64,000 nucleotides of DNA from Eledone cirrhosa (taxonomy: Eukaryota). Below are positions 1-12,528 of the stretch, piece after piece. The translations under genes were made by a program, and so were the position numbers. The notes under the pieces are model-generated. The model ran no database searches. It had not been told where the DNA came from and saw nothing but the letters and a program-made list of their open reading frames with translations. How positions within the stretch are numbered: position 1 is the first letter of the stretch; each line of letters begins with the position of its first letter. The stretch lies in the NCBI GenBank assembly GCA_964016885.1, contig OZ024757.1, positions 9,548,001 through 9,612,000 of the forward strand, given 5' to 3'.

Positions 1-2503
1 AGGTAGCAAGTAAGGACGAACTGGAAAAAATGAATACAGAGGCATCTTGTATAATGCATGAATTAGACATTGAGAATAAAACACAACCCTTCATGCCTAG
101 GAAACCCAAAATCAATATGAAAGATCACAAATGAAATTTTGAAAATGATTTGCCAGTCAGATTGATTGCACCATCAAAATCTGACATGGGAAAACTTAGC
201 AAAAACATTCTAGACAGGGTAAATTAAAAACTTACATAGTTTACCTTACTTAAAGTTATGGAAGGGGACTGGTGAGGTTATTGAGTGGTTTAAAGAAATT
301 AAATATAACTATAATAATAAGTTTATTCAACTTGATATTGCTAACTACTATTCATCTATCACTCCTAATCTACTGAATAAGGCACTAAATTACGCATTTA
401 AACATACAGACCTAACTAGCAATGAAATGCACATTATATTATCGGCAAGGAAAACATTGATAGAATTTAATAACCAACTATGGACTAGGCCAGATAGAAA
501 TAATAATTTCAGCATAACTATGGGATCATATGACTCAGCTCAGGTAACGGATTTTGTGGACCTATTTATAATTAATTCGCTGCATAAAAAAATACCAGGT
601 GTAACCGGAGGATTATATCGTGATGAAATGCTTTTACTTATTGAAAATAATAACTGTGAACTAAATAGAAAAAGAAAACAAATTATACAATTTTTTAATT
701 ACCTTAATCTAAAAATAGAAATAGAGAATAACCATAGAATAGTCATTTTCCTGGATGTAACACTAAATCTCAACACATGTCTTCACTATCCATTTCACAA
801 ACTAAATGAGAACTTGAATTATCTCAATTTTAACTCTAATCACCCCAGATCTGTTAAAAATACTATAGTGAACTCTGTTCAAGAACGAATTTCAAGAATT
901 TCATCTAATAAAAATATTTTTGATGAAAAAGCGCAGTATTACAATGAAGCGTTAGCTAGAGCAGGATATAGTGATAAAATTAAGTACATCGATAATAATA
1001 AGCAAACTAACCAAAATAATAACAATTTTAATTACGGTAACAACATTAACAACTATAATAGAAAACATTACAATAATTCCAAAAGCCGAAAAAGAAATAG
1101 AACTTCGAATATAATATGGTTTGCCCCCCACCCCCCTTTTCACTAAATATTAAAACCCATATTGCTAAACTATTCTTTAATGCTCTTGACAAACGCTTCC
1201 CTAGAACACATAAATATCACTCAATTTTTAATAGACATACTATAAAATTAACTTACTCGTCCACCAAAAATTTATCACAAAATATTAACAGAATTAATAA
1301 TAGGAATTTAAAACCTAACCAAAATACCAATAATAACCCAAACAATATTCAATTAAATAACTGTAACTGTAGAAATAAATCTAACTGTCCGTTAAATAAC
1401 AATTGCTTAGTTAAAAATGTAGTATACAATTGTAATGTTAAAACTAACTTAAATTCTTTCAACTATGTTGGTTCCACCTCGACAGAATTTTAACTTCGCT
1501 TCAATAATCATAAGAATTCTTTCACAGATCCAAACAAAAAATCCTCAACTTCGCTATCAAGCCTACTCTGGCAACTTAAACGAGATAATCTTAAGTATTC
1601 GATGTTTTGGAATATTGTCTCAAAAGGGATTCCTTTTAATTCCTCATCAGAGACATGTGATCTCTGTGTGGAGGAGGTATTCTTTATATTAAAGACCAAA
1701 TATTTCCTTAATTTAAGGAGCAATTTATTCAGTTGCTGCAGACATAGATTAAACTCAACGTTTAAATATAAATATAAATTTAAAATGTAGTATAATTAAT
1801 TAAGAAATTTAGTTAATATATGAAACCTGACGATAAATCATTTGATTCCTTCACCTTTTTCTTTTTAAACCTTCTTCCTAAATATAAACAAAGATGTAAT
1901 AAACTACTCTAAATTTTACGCAAGATAAATTTCTATACTAAATATAAGGGCATCCGTAGAATCACTGGGTCTTCTAAATCTTTTAAATAATGTTTAGCTT
2001 TTAAATAATTATTATCCTTCTCTCTCTATATAGGACTCCCTCTCTCTTGAGTTTCTCTATATGTATGGGGAATTATTATTCATCTGTTGCTTTCGTTTGC
2101 CTCTCTTATTTCTTTCTCCTATCTATTTATATATTTTTACTCTCTCTCCTTTTCTTTCTCTCCGTTTCTTTCTCTCCGTCTTTCTTCTAACTGTACTTAA
2201 CACTATAACTAAATAATTATAAACAATTCATTATCCAGACAGCTTCCTAATATAATGGTCGCTTATAATATGGTACGTCAAAATTATTTATAAAACTGTT
2301 TATATATTGTATTTTATCTGACGAAGGCATGCCATATTTTTAATATGGTATCCCTGAAATATGTATAATGAAATAAATATGGTTTTATAAATATAGTTTC
2401 CATTTGTTTAATATCGTATATCTACTCCAAAAACTTGTAGAGTGCTTTATATCAGTTATAAAATATTTACTTGTTGTAACCCAACAATTTTAAATAAAAC
2501 TTT

Positions 2504-2506
<3 letters not shown>
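1..2506 (+). mobile_element. Penelope-like retroelement, degraded (RT then C-terminal GIY-YIG endonuclease, 3' tail with hammerhead); runs off window start
   Basis: ORF 427-1146 has RT motifs (ITMGSYDSAQV, GGLYRDE from YRDD, FLDVTLNL, SNHP). ORF 1116-1493 has a CNCR-x4-CPL linker and VVY...YVG (GIY-YIG). ORF 1602-1790 has CDLC..E..CCRH. Stops and frameshifts separate them. Ends at (TA)n 2507-2543. Confidence 0.9.
2310..2375 (+). ncRNA. Minimal type I hammerhead ribozyme in PLE 3' region
   Basis: Stem I TATTTTAT/ATGAAATA; core CTGACGA 2318-2324; stem II AGG-C-ATGCCATATT/AATATGGTAT-C-CCT; GAAA 2356-2359; near-palindromic loop TATGTA; UH=TA. Confidence 0.8.
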
Positions 2507-2546
<40 letters not shown>

Positions 2547-2597
2547 GACAAACAAAAACATTTGAGTCACATTTGAAAAAGGCAAGTTGTAAATGCA

Positions 2598-2780
2598 TCA
2601 ATCAACAATGCTTCGAGATTTGCCAAAATTCATCCCTGCTTGAGATGCACCTTTGTTAGAGCCCATTTGGAGACTAATGATGTTGCTGCCAGCCAGTAAC
2701 TGTTCTTCAGTGAAAAATTGTGCATTCTTTTCTGCTTCTTTAGGTCCTAAGAATGGCCCAGGTTACCCCTTCATACGTGC
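2598..2780 (-). pseudogene. Last exon of a transgelin/myophilin(MP20)-like calponin-family gene, with in-frame stop
   Basis: Translates ARMKG*PGPFLGPKEAEKNAQFFTEEQLLAGSNIISLQMGSNKGASQAGMNFGKSRSIVD*, a calponin-like repeat. Acceptor TTTTTCTACTACTAG precedes 2780. TAA at 2763-2765. Confidence 0.9.
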
Positions 2781-3276
2781 CTAGTAGTAGAAAAATATTA
2801 GCATTTCAAATGTAAGATATAAAGAAGATACATGACATTTTTTTAAGTTCATCATATTGAGATTTTTTTAAGCTTAACCCTTTTCTTACAATATTTCTAA
2901 TGAAGTTCACTGACTACGATTGATTTTCAAATAATTTTTAGAAATAATCAAGAATTTGGAGCGACTTGAAAATAACTAACTTCCTCATTATGAAATTGAT
3001 GTTCATAACATAAGTTAAAAAGTTCTTTCATAGAATTATGATGAAAGGTTTCATGATCATCATCGTCGTTTAACATCCATCTTCCACGCTAGCATTTGGT
3101 TTATAGATAAATATAAATTTTCTAAAATAGTTTAACAGAACCAGAACATGTTTTGAGCAGTTTGATATAAAAAAAGGTGAATTTATAAATAGTAATCAGT
3201 AAGGTGTCACAAAATTTATCTAAAATAAACATTATTTATTGAAAACATTGAATTAAAATTAACTCTGTATCATCAT

Positions 3277-3540
3277 GATGTGAAGGCACATGGCTTAGTG
3301 GTTGGATTTGCAATCATGAGGTTGTGAGTTCAATTCTCAGACCGGGTGATGTGTTGTGTCCTTGAACAAGACATTATTTCACGTTGCTCCTTCTGCCAGG
3401 AGTTGCAACCAGTATCAACAATGGAAAAATGGAAAAACCAATGGAAACATTGTTTCCTTGGTCCGATTTGATGAGGTCCACCGCACTTGGCAAGCGAATG
3501 AGGTCTGGGATCTTGATCGATCGGAGTGAGAGCGATCATC
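3277..3540 (+). mobile_element. tRNA-head SINE
   Basis: A-box-like TGGCTTAGTGG, B-box-like GAGTTCAATTC, body TGTGTCCTTGAACAAGAC. Related segments at 7020-7240 (-) and 56540-56722 (-). Confidence 0.7.
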
Positions 3541-4015
3541 ATTATTGCTCAACTACAGTAAGAGACAGTCACAATCGTCCTCCACCAACTGCAGCTTTTT
3601 ATAATCCCTTGCGGTCCTGTAGTCAAATTCTTGATTATTTTCAAAATAACTTGAAAACCATGGGCAATGTCTTTCATTAGAAATATACTAACTGAAGGGT
3701 TAAACCAGGTAACAGATTAAGTCTATCACCTGATTTGAGGGAAATTTGTCTTTAATTTTTAGCATGTAGAGTGACCACATAGAGCCTCCTGTGTTAGCAG
3801 TCTCATTAGAAACATGGAAACTAATGGTTTAGATCTCTCCAAATTCTTGATTTTTTTTTTTTTTTTAAATTATTTGAAATCAAAGGCACAGTATTTCATT
3901 GAAAATATGATTAACAAAAAAAGTTAAAAAACCAAATTTAAAAAAAAAATGGGACGATGAAGGGGAAGGGTTAGAAATAACGGAAAATAATAAAATATTA
4001 ATTAAACATATTTAC

Positions 4016-4220
4016 ATTTCTCCCTAAAGCATGTAGGGTATTAACAACCTGTAACATATTTACTTTGTCATAAAGGTCAACAGTGTGGAAGAGGTCATTC
4101 TTCATCACACCATAGTCTTCAGTGGCTTTTAGAAAGTTTGCGATATTCTCCATCATATAAAAGGCAGATTTCTTATCATTTATTTTTTTAATGCTGTTCG
4201 GGGCTAATTAGTTCATTAAT
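4016..4220 (-). pseudogene. Internal CH-domain exon of the same transgelin/myophilin-like gene, with in-frame stop
   Basis: Translates LMN*LAPNSIKKINDKKSAFYMMENIANFLKATEDYGVMKNDLFHTVDLYDKVNMLQVVNTLHALGRN. Acceptor TTCTTAACAG and donor GTAAAT; phase-compatible with the 2598-2780 exon. TAA at 4208-4210. Confidence 0.9.
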
Positions 4221-4706
4221 CTGTTAAGAAAATTAAATTAATTAATAATAAATGAATAAATTCAACAAGTTAAGGTTAGTGGGAGAATTGAAGGAAGATA
4301 TCTCTGGACCTCTTTGATACCAAACTGCCTGAAACCACCCCTGGTTCGATAATAAAAAGCTGTGTTATTTTAAAGTACTAGGATTTTTTTCAACATGCTG
4401 ATGTGTATGTGTATATGTGTGTGTGTACGTGCATATGCATACATTTATATGTATGAGTATATAAATATAAACACAAAAATACACTCACAGGCATACATTC
4501 CCACAAATACACACATTCACACAAACATACACAAACACTCACACACAGCATATCAAATGGAACACCAGTGACCGTTTTGCTATAGTTTTTCACCATCCTT
4601 CTTTCCTTTTACACACACACAGTGTGTGTATGTGTGTGAGACAGAAGTCGCTGAAATTTATATATAGAATGACATTTATCTAAAAGGAAAAATCAAACAT
4701 TCCATT

Positions 4707-5910
4707 CATCATCATCATCATCATCATCATCGTTTAACGTCCATTTTCCACGCTAGCATGGGTTAGACGGGAGTTGTCCCATTTGAGGCAAGGCTGGTCG
4801 GGTAACCGTCTCCTCATATAGGACTATCTGGAAGATTTTCTACGGCTGGATGCCCTTCCTAACACCAACCACATTTACTGCGTGGAACTGGGAACTTTTT
4901 ACCGTGTTACCTACACGGCCACATTACAGTGTGGACTGTGTGTGTTTTTTTGTCGTGACACCTACACGATATCGAGCTCATTTTCTCGTGCTGTTGGTGG
5001 GAGTGGGAGGATAGGGTAGGGGTAGTGGACTGGGGTGTATATTTGGTCAAGAGGTGCCTACTGACTATAGGTTTCGCTTTGTACATAGGCAAGGCGGGTC
5101 TTCTGTATTTCATCCCAGGTTTTTCTGCGTCTACCTACTCCGTAACTACCATCAATTTTGATCGCCCTACTGTTTTTTTAGGCAGCTGTCGTCTTTCACG
5201 CGCATCGCGTGGCCATACCAACGTAGTCTTCTCTCGAGTAAACAGAAGCTGATCCCTCTTATTCCTAATTTCTCACTTAGTTCATTTATGCTTTGCTGTT
5301 CACGTATATTACTATTACACATCCAACGGAGCATACATGCTTCGTTCCTTTCCAGTCTACGCAGGTTCTCTGCACGTAATGCCCATGTCTCACTGCCATG
5401 TAGCATTGCTGTTCATATACAAGCATCATCCAATATGCCTTTCATTTTTAGAGAGCAACCTTTTGTGGCCAACAGCGGTATAAGCTCTCTGAACTTTTTC
5501 CATCCCGTTCTGACTGGCTACTGTACTTTCAGAACACCCTCCACCACTGCTGATTTCGTCACCCAGGTAACGGAAAGTGTCTAGTATTTCTACAGAACCA
5601 TCTGGGCAATAGAAGGAGCTAGTATCCTTTGGACACTTGCTACTTATTGCACCTGAGCATCAGCCACATATAAAGTCTACGTTCTTAGATAGTTTACCTG
5701 TGATGCCCACTACATCTTTTATGTATCCATACTTTGCATTTGGGACATAAAATGGAGTTTCTGCCTACTCCTTTCCTACACACTGAGTATGGCCATTTCC
5801 CAGATGGGACCAGTGCCCTATTTTCCTTCCTACATACTAGAACTTTGGTCTTAGGCAGGTTAATTTTAAGGCCTTTAGATTCTACGCCATGCTTCCATGT
5901 TTGGAATTGC
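4707..5910 (-). mobile_element. RTE-clade LINE, 3' fragment
   Basis: Fragments MLHGSETWAL..RRLRWYGH and SGKWP..CRKGVGRNSILCPKC; (CAT)n at 4707-4730 is the (GAT)n tail on the minus strand. Confidence 0.9.
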
Positions 5911-6171
5911 ATTTATATATTCCTTGTGGTCTAAAGATACTAACTACAGCTTTTATTGTTCAATGTTCTGTTGTTAAAGAGGTGTTTGGCGCCGGTTATT
6001 GATCCCCGTCGAGCCCTTATAATATCTGTCTGTCTGTCTGGCTCTCTGCATAACGACATTCTGACGAACACGTCATTGCTGACGTATTATCTTCGCTACA
6101 TTCACACACACACACACACACACATACTTATATATGCATATATACATATTCACACACACACATATATATAT

Positions 6172-7020
6172 ACTAGCAGTAAAGCCCGGCGTTGCTCGGG
6201 GTCGCTCAGTAGCTGTGTTAATGTTACAATGTTAAGTTTCTTTTTTGGCTTAAAAACTGTAGTGTCTACTGTGCAGACTTGCATGTGGTGTTTTTGATTA
6301 ATATTCCCTCAACCAACAATATGCCTCATGAAGTTAAGAAAACATAACGATAACCCGAATGTTATAACAAAAGAGGATGCTGGGGATAAAAACTGCACTG
6401 GTTATTTATTAACAAAGATCGAAAATGTAAACACTGCAACGCAGAGAAAAACATTAGCGTAACCAAATTATCAGTTATGTCTGTCTGCACGCCTATATCA
6501 CCTCTCTGCACGACTGTCTGTCTGCACGCGTATATCACCTCTCTGCACGACTATCTGTCTGCACGCGTATATCACCTCTCTGCACGACTGTCTGTCTGCA
6601 CGCCTATATCACCTCTCTGCACGACTGTCTGTCTGCACGCGTATATCACCTCTCTGCACGACTGTCTGTCTGCACGCCTAACGACGAAATATTTGCTTGT
6701 TTTCGTAGTCTCTAAATAGACTTGTTTTCAAATAAAAATATTGTTTCAAAATGCTTTTAAATGGAAATGAAGCAAAACGGAAGCTTAGTGTTCGAACTGA
6801 TGAATTTTGCAGGTCAATATTTTGTTGGCTCGACGACAACTGTTCGTGTATTGTGTTAATGTCATTTTAAACGCTGAGAAAGCCAGCGTAATTTTTTACG
6901 TAAGACGCTCAATGTAAACAGAACAAAGGGAAATAACTGATAACTTACGCTCAAAAATCGATACATTATATTCGATTTCGTCACATAGGGTGGGTCAATT
7001 TGAAATATTTTGGTAATATA
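6172..7020 (-). mobile_element. Non-autonomous Helitron-like element (3' end at 6172; other end approximate)
   Basis: Minus strand reads hairpin CCCGAGCAACGCCGGG, an 8-nt spacer, then CTAG|T, the canonical Helitron 3' terminus. Contains an internal minisatellite. Confidence 0.65.
6478..6680. repeat. 37-bp minisatellite, about 5.3 copies
   Basis: Unit CTGTCTGCACGCSTATATCACCTCTCTGCACGACTRT. Confidence 0.95.
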
Positions 7021-7320
7021 TTGATCGATCAAATAAATCCCAGACCTCACTCATTTAGCAAGTGGGGTGGGAGTTGTCAAATCAGACCAAGGAAAGAATG
7101 TTTCCATTGCTAATAGTATCTATTGGTTGCAAATCTTGGCAGAAAGAGCAACATGAAATAAAGTGTCGTGCAAGGACATAACACATCACCTGGTTTGAGA
7201 ATTGAATTTGCAACCTCACAATTGTGAATTGCCTTCACAGATAATATATACTAACAACAATGCAATTGTCTACAAGTATATATATATATATATATATACA
7301 TACACACACACACATGCACG

Positions 7321-7416
7321 CACGGTGTCCCCCAAAAATGTATACACACTGATCACTTATACAGGCATTATTCATTAGAACGCTGTTGAAGTGAATACAT
7401 TTTTATGGACACCCTG
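7321..7416. mobile_element. Tc1/mariner-type mini-MITE (~96 bp)
   Basis: Terminal inverted repeats CA(C)GGTGTCC..AAAAATGTAT.CAC / GTGAATACATTTTTATGGACACCCTG, followed by TA. Confidence 0.6.
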
Positions 7417-8423
7417 TATGTGTGTGTATACATATATACACACAATATATATACACACACACACAGTGTATTATATATATATTGGAAAATGTGTGAGATC
7501 CTTGGTACAGTTAGGTATATTTGAAAAAAAGGAAAAAATGACTTCACTTGTAGTGTTAAAATTTTTTTGATAATATAATATAAAATTAAATAAAAAAATG
7601 TTTAAACACTACAAGTGAAGTCATTTTCCTTTTTTTCAAATATATATATATATATATATACACACATACATACATACATACGTATGTATGTGAGTATAAT
7701 CTCTCTAAAATTAGCAAATATTACAGGAGTTTTTCTTTAACTTTAAACGTAAATATGCTACAATACAGAATTCCAATACTGATTAGCCCAGAATGTTTTA
7801 CATTGGTCAGAACAGTGACCTTTAAGAACTGCTATAAGTTGGCTACCAATAGGTGATAAGTAAAAGTGAGGACAAGCAAGGCACATCTGGCAAAGAATAT
7901 TTAAGGGGCCAATCTGAAGGACATAGGAATTAACTAAGATGATATCAAACAGGAAACAGTTTCCTTTATATATGTATATATGGAGTATGGTATTATCCAT
8001 ATGTGTGTGTGTGTATATATATGTAAAGGAAACAGTGTTGCAGCCCTATACACATATAGGTGTAGTGTAACTTGTGTATCTGATATACAATATACACAGG
8101 TAAACAAAAAAAAAAAAAATGCAGCTCTAAAGTAGACATCATCATCATCATCATCATCATCATTTTACATCTACTTTCCATCTTGGCATGGATTGGACGG
8201 GTTGTCAGAGTCTGAGATCAGATGGGTCAGACCTACTTCATCTTGCTCATATCTTCCATTCAGGATAGGATTAAATATTAAGCAAAATATCAAAATAAGC
8301 ACATACTTTATGGCATCAAGGAAAGAGGGGGGGGGTGCAAACACCATTTTATTCAAACTCAATGTATTGGTCTTTTCCCCAAAAAAAATTATAGACACAT
8401 ACACACGTATGCGTGTGTGTGTT

Positions 8424-8462
<39 letters not shown>

Positions 8463-8589
8463 GCGTGTGTGTATTTATATGTGTGTGTGTGTATATATAT
8501 ATGTAGGAGGTGAGTTTTATTGTAGCATAATAAAGCAATGCAAATATCGGATAAGTAGCACTCTACAGTTTGTAGGACTGGAGTATAAA

Positions 8590-8741
8590 TAATTGTTTCT
8601 ACATTTGGCACAAGGCCAGCAATTACCCAGTGTATTACTGGTACTTTATTTTATCGACCCCGAAAGGATGAAAGGCAAAGTTAACCTCGGCGCGATTTGA
8701 ACTCAGAATGGCAAGGACCGTAACTCTATGCGTCAAAGCAT
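8590..8741 (-). mobile_element. SINE, truncated by the adjacent PLE fragment
   Basis: Near-identical to 41130-41290, where the SINE continues. B-box-like GAGTTCAAATC on the minus strand. Related copies at 16770-16975, 17045-17230 and 36640-36820. Confidence 0.75.
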
Positions 8742-9179
8742 AAGTATACCACCAATACATCAAACTAACCATAATATCTCCTCAAATACAGAATTAACGA
8801 AAGGTTGTAACTGTAGAAACAAAGCAAACTGCCCATTAAAAGGAAATTGTCTTGTTAATAACATAGTTTATAAATGTAATGTTAAAACTAAAGATTCTAT
8901 TTGCTCATATATAGGAGCTACTTCTAACAATTTTAATGTAAGGTTTAATACCCACAAACATAGTTTTAAAAATGCCGCACTAGCTAATACAACATCTCTA
9001 GCAGAAAAAATCAATAGTTATAAAAATAAGAATATAGAATATGATATGACCTGGAGTGTGCTCAAAAGAGCCACCCCTTATCAAAATAATAGAAATGAAT
9101 GTAGATTATGTTCCCAAGAACTATTTGAAATAATGAAATCTAAGGATATCCTATTAAATAAGCGACAGGAATTAATTAT

Positions 9180-9687
9180 ATCGTGTAATCATAAACTAAG
9201 AAAAACATTTAAATATTATAAACCTAATTAATAATATAATTTTAGAAATTAATATATAATTTAATTTAAATGTTAGTTAACCTATAAATTTAATTTAATT
9301 AAAATTCTACTACAGTTGAGATTATAAAATATTGTGTAATCATAAATTGTGAAAAACTTTTAAATATTATTAACATAATTAATATATACTTTGTAAATTA
9401 ATTTATAGATTAATTTTAGTTTATTTAACCTTTTATTAAAATTCCTTTACAGATGAAATATAACAAAATATCGTGTAATCAATGACAGAGAAATATTTTT
9501 TAATATTATAAACCTAATTAATGTACAATTTAGAAATATATTTATAATTTAATTTTAATTTAGTTAACCTAAAATTTTAATTTAATTAGCTTAAAATTAA
9601 AATTCTAATACAGATGGATTGCAGAATATCATGTAATCATAAACTGAGAAAAATTTTAAATATATACCTAATTAATATATTCTTTAC

Positions 9688-9722
<35 letters not shown>

Positions 9723-10100
9723 TTTTTATTTTTTGTTAACCTATAATTATATTCTACTATAGATAAAATACAAAATCTGTTTTAATTATTATAAACCTAA
9801 TTAACATATACTATAGAAATTAATATATAATTTTTAATTTAGTTAACCTATAATTTATATTCTACTACCGATGAAATACTTGATTTGGTTTTTTTCCCTA
9901 TTACTAAATTCATTTCCTAATATTGATACCATAATGTTAATATTTTTAATTTAGTTAGGCTATAATTAATACTCTACTACTGTTTAACTTCAAAATTCCG
10001 CTTCAAAGATTATAAACCTAAGTATTATACACCTTAGAAATCAATATATTAACTATTTTTAATTTAGTTAACCTATAATTAATAGTCTACTTATAGTAAA
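9180..10100. repeat. Degenerate AT-rich tandem repeat (~140-160 bp period) that starts within the last codons of the PLE ORF
   Basis: TGTAATCA recurs near 9184, 9336, 9475 and 9632, and TTAGTTAACCTATAA-like motifs recur through about 10080. Confidence 0.75.
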
Positions 10101-10239
10101 ATGCATAATTTTGCCTTCTTTCTTACATTTCCTAATACTGAAACTACTATGTAAACACATATTATGATCTAAATGCAGTTTAATATTCTATGTTCCTTGA
10201 AACCTATATTTACTATAATCCCCCCCCCCCCTATAATTA

Positions 10240-10353
10240 TTTGTATTTGTAAGCGTGGATGTACGTATGTATATGTAGGTAGGTATGTATGTTTGGGTGC
10301 TTGTATGTGAGTATAAAAATACATATGTGCGCATGTAAATAAGGGTGTATGAT

Positions 10354-10410
<57 letters not shown>

Positions 10411-10639
10411 ATATGTGTATATATATGTGTGTGTATATGTATGTATATGTCTATGTGTATGTGTGTATATATGCGTATGTGTGCGTGTATATGTGAGTAT
10501 ATATATATATATATATATTTGTAGTTGATGTGTGTATTGTATATATATATATATATTTGTGTGCATAATTGTCTGACTGTGTGTATTTCTTTATTTATTT
10601 ATTTATTTCTTTATTTTATATATATGTATATATGTATAA

Positions 10640-10709
<70 letters not shown>

Positions 10710-10761
10710 GTGTGTATGTATATGTGTGTGTGTGTGTGTATATATATTTATGTGTGTATAT

Positions 10762-10811
<50 letters not shown>

Positions 10812-10965
10812 GTGTGTATGTATATCTCTTTATTTATGTATGTCTGAGTTGTGTGAGCGTGTGGTTGTATGTGTATATGCATACATGGATGTGTGTGTGT
10901 GTGTATATATGCGTATATGTATGTGTATGTGTGTGTGTATATATATATATGTGTATGTATGTATG

Positions 10966-11006
<41 letters not shown>

Positions 11007-11031
11007 GTGTGTGTGTATATGTGTGTGTGTA

Positions 11032-11064
<33 letters not shown>

Positions 11065-11140
11065 GGGTATGTATGTGTATATGTGTGTGTACATGTGTGT
11101 GTGTGTGTATATATATATATATGTGTGTTGTGAATATATG

Positions 11141-11171
<31 letters not shown>

Positions 11172-11670
11172 ATGTATATGTGTCTGTGTATTTATATGTG
11201 TATATGTATGTGTCTCTCTATATATATGTGTGTGTATATATATGTATATATATGTGTGTATATATATATATATGTGTGTATGTATATATATATATGTATA
11301 TCGATGTGTATTTTATATTTTACTTGTTTATATATATATATATATTTTTTTAATATTCTTCTTTTTATTTCTAAATTTATAGATACATTTTATAAACAGG
11401 CAGTTTGTCTGACACCCGTAAATACTGACCCCCCCACCTACTTTCTGTATCTGGATCTAAATATATGTGGCAGTGCTTATGTGCGTGCCTTAATGTCCAT
11501 ATGCTTATGATAATAATATATACACATATATGTGTGTGTGTGTGTGTGTGGGTGTGTGTGTATATGTTCGTGGTTATGTGTATGTTTATGCGTATATGTG
11601 CGTGTGTGTGTGAATGTATGTTTATGTGTATATATATGAATGTATATATGTTTATATACGTGTGTGTATT
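10240..11670. repeat. Compound (TA)n/(TG)n microsatellite tract
   Basis: Directly visible; it generates the spurious YI/CV-rich ORFs. Confidence 0.97.
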
Positions 11671-11916
11671 TTATCTCTAGATTATAGACATACAGAGATA
11701 TTAGCCCTGAATTTTTGTATTTACATGCATTTTTTCGACACGCGTATGCATGTGAACATATATTTTTATGCATATCTGTGAACGAAGTTACTTACATATA
11801 TACACACACCTAACTGTATTTTCTGGATATATTTTTGTGTATTTCATTGGTCAATTTGAACTCTGTTCCCAAACAGACCTGTAATTTTGAATTGTTGCTA
11901 TTATCAATAAATATAT

Positions 11917-12069
11917 TTCATTATTTCTGAAGACGGCATATATATGTGTTGGTATGTATATTAAATTTGATAGTTTGTATAATTTTGTATAATTTTGTAC
12001 ATAGATCTGTTGAATATGCATGCCAATTCTAACACATATATGTCCTAGAAACGATCGTTAAATAATGAA
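11917..12069 (+). ncRNA. Minimal type I hammerhead ribozyme with long stem II insertion
   Basis: Perfect 10-bp stem I TTCATTATTT/AAATAATGAA; CTGAAGA 11927-11933; stem II ATATATGTGTTGG/CTAACACATATAT around a long loop (junction imperfect); GAAA 12048-12051; palindrome CGATCG; UH=TT. Confidence 0.75.
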
Positions 12070-12138
12070 CTTTTTTTGTTTAATATAAGGAACTGTTTCA
12101 TTGTTTTATTCATTATTTTTTTAATATTTTATATATAT

Positions 12139-12211
12139 ATATATATATCTTTGTATTTGGTTGTTATGTCTCTCTCTCTTTATATATATATCTTTATATT
12201 TGGTTGTTATG

Positions 12212-12256
<45 letters not shown>

Positions 12257-12277
12257 CTTTATATTTTGTTGTTATGG

Positions 12278-12359
<82 letters not shown>

Positions 12360-12375
12360 AATTGGTTGTTATGGC
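12139..12375. repeat. Higher-order minisatellite: ~21-bp core + (CT)n + (AT)n, 4 units
   Basis: Core CTTTGTATTTGGTTGTTATGT. An inverted paralog with 8 units lies at 41416-41885. Confidence 0.9.
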
Positions 12376-12463
12376 TCTAGATAAAATCTATTGAGTTTGC
12401 TTTTTGAGAAACACAAAATTCTAAACATATTTGATGTGTTTTGATTCATTATTTGAGTATATA

Positions 12464-12523
<60 letters not shown>

Positions 12524-12528
12524 ATGTC

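Larger units (their letters stand above)
8742..12130 (+). mobile_element. 5'-truncated Penelope-like element: GIY-YIG coding end, tandem and microsatellite-expanded 3' region, hammerhead
   Basis: ORF 8728-9231 CNCRNKANCPL..IVY..YIGATS..CRLCSQE..LNKRQELIISCNH, related to the element at 1-2506. Hammerhead at 11917-12069, then (TA)n. Continuity of the 3' part is inferred. Confidence 0.75.

Noticed and set aside
1826-1850. Isolated CTGANGA matches (also near 6061, 6797, 57514)
   Set aside because: No stem II, GAAA, UH and stem I arrangement; consistent with chance 7-mers.
2763-4210. Rescue of the two TAA codons by A-to-I editing to Trp
   Set aside because: It would need double editing at both sites, Trp is not the expected residue at either, and nothing in the sequence supports it. 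Pseudogenisation is simpler.
4390-4596. MVKNYSKTVTGVPF as the missing upstream CH-domain exon
   Set aside because: Only a 5-residue resemblance, no WI or LKDG..LC motifs in frame, and it runs into microsatellite.
8728-8741. ATG start of the 167-aa GIY-YIG ORF as a stand-alone nuclease gene
   Set aside because: MRQS is contributed by the antisense SINE at the junction; the ORF is a truncated PLE end.
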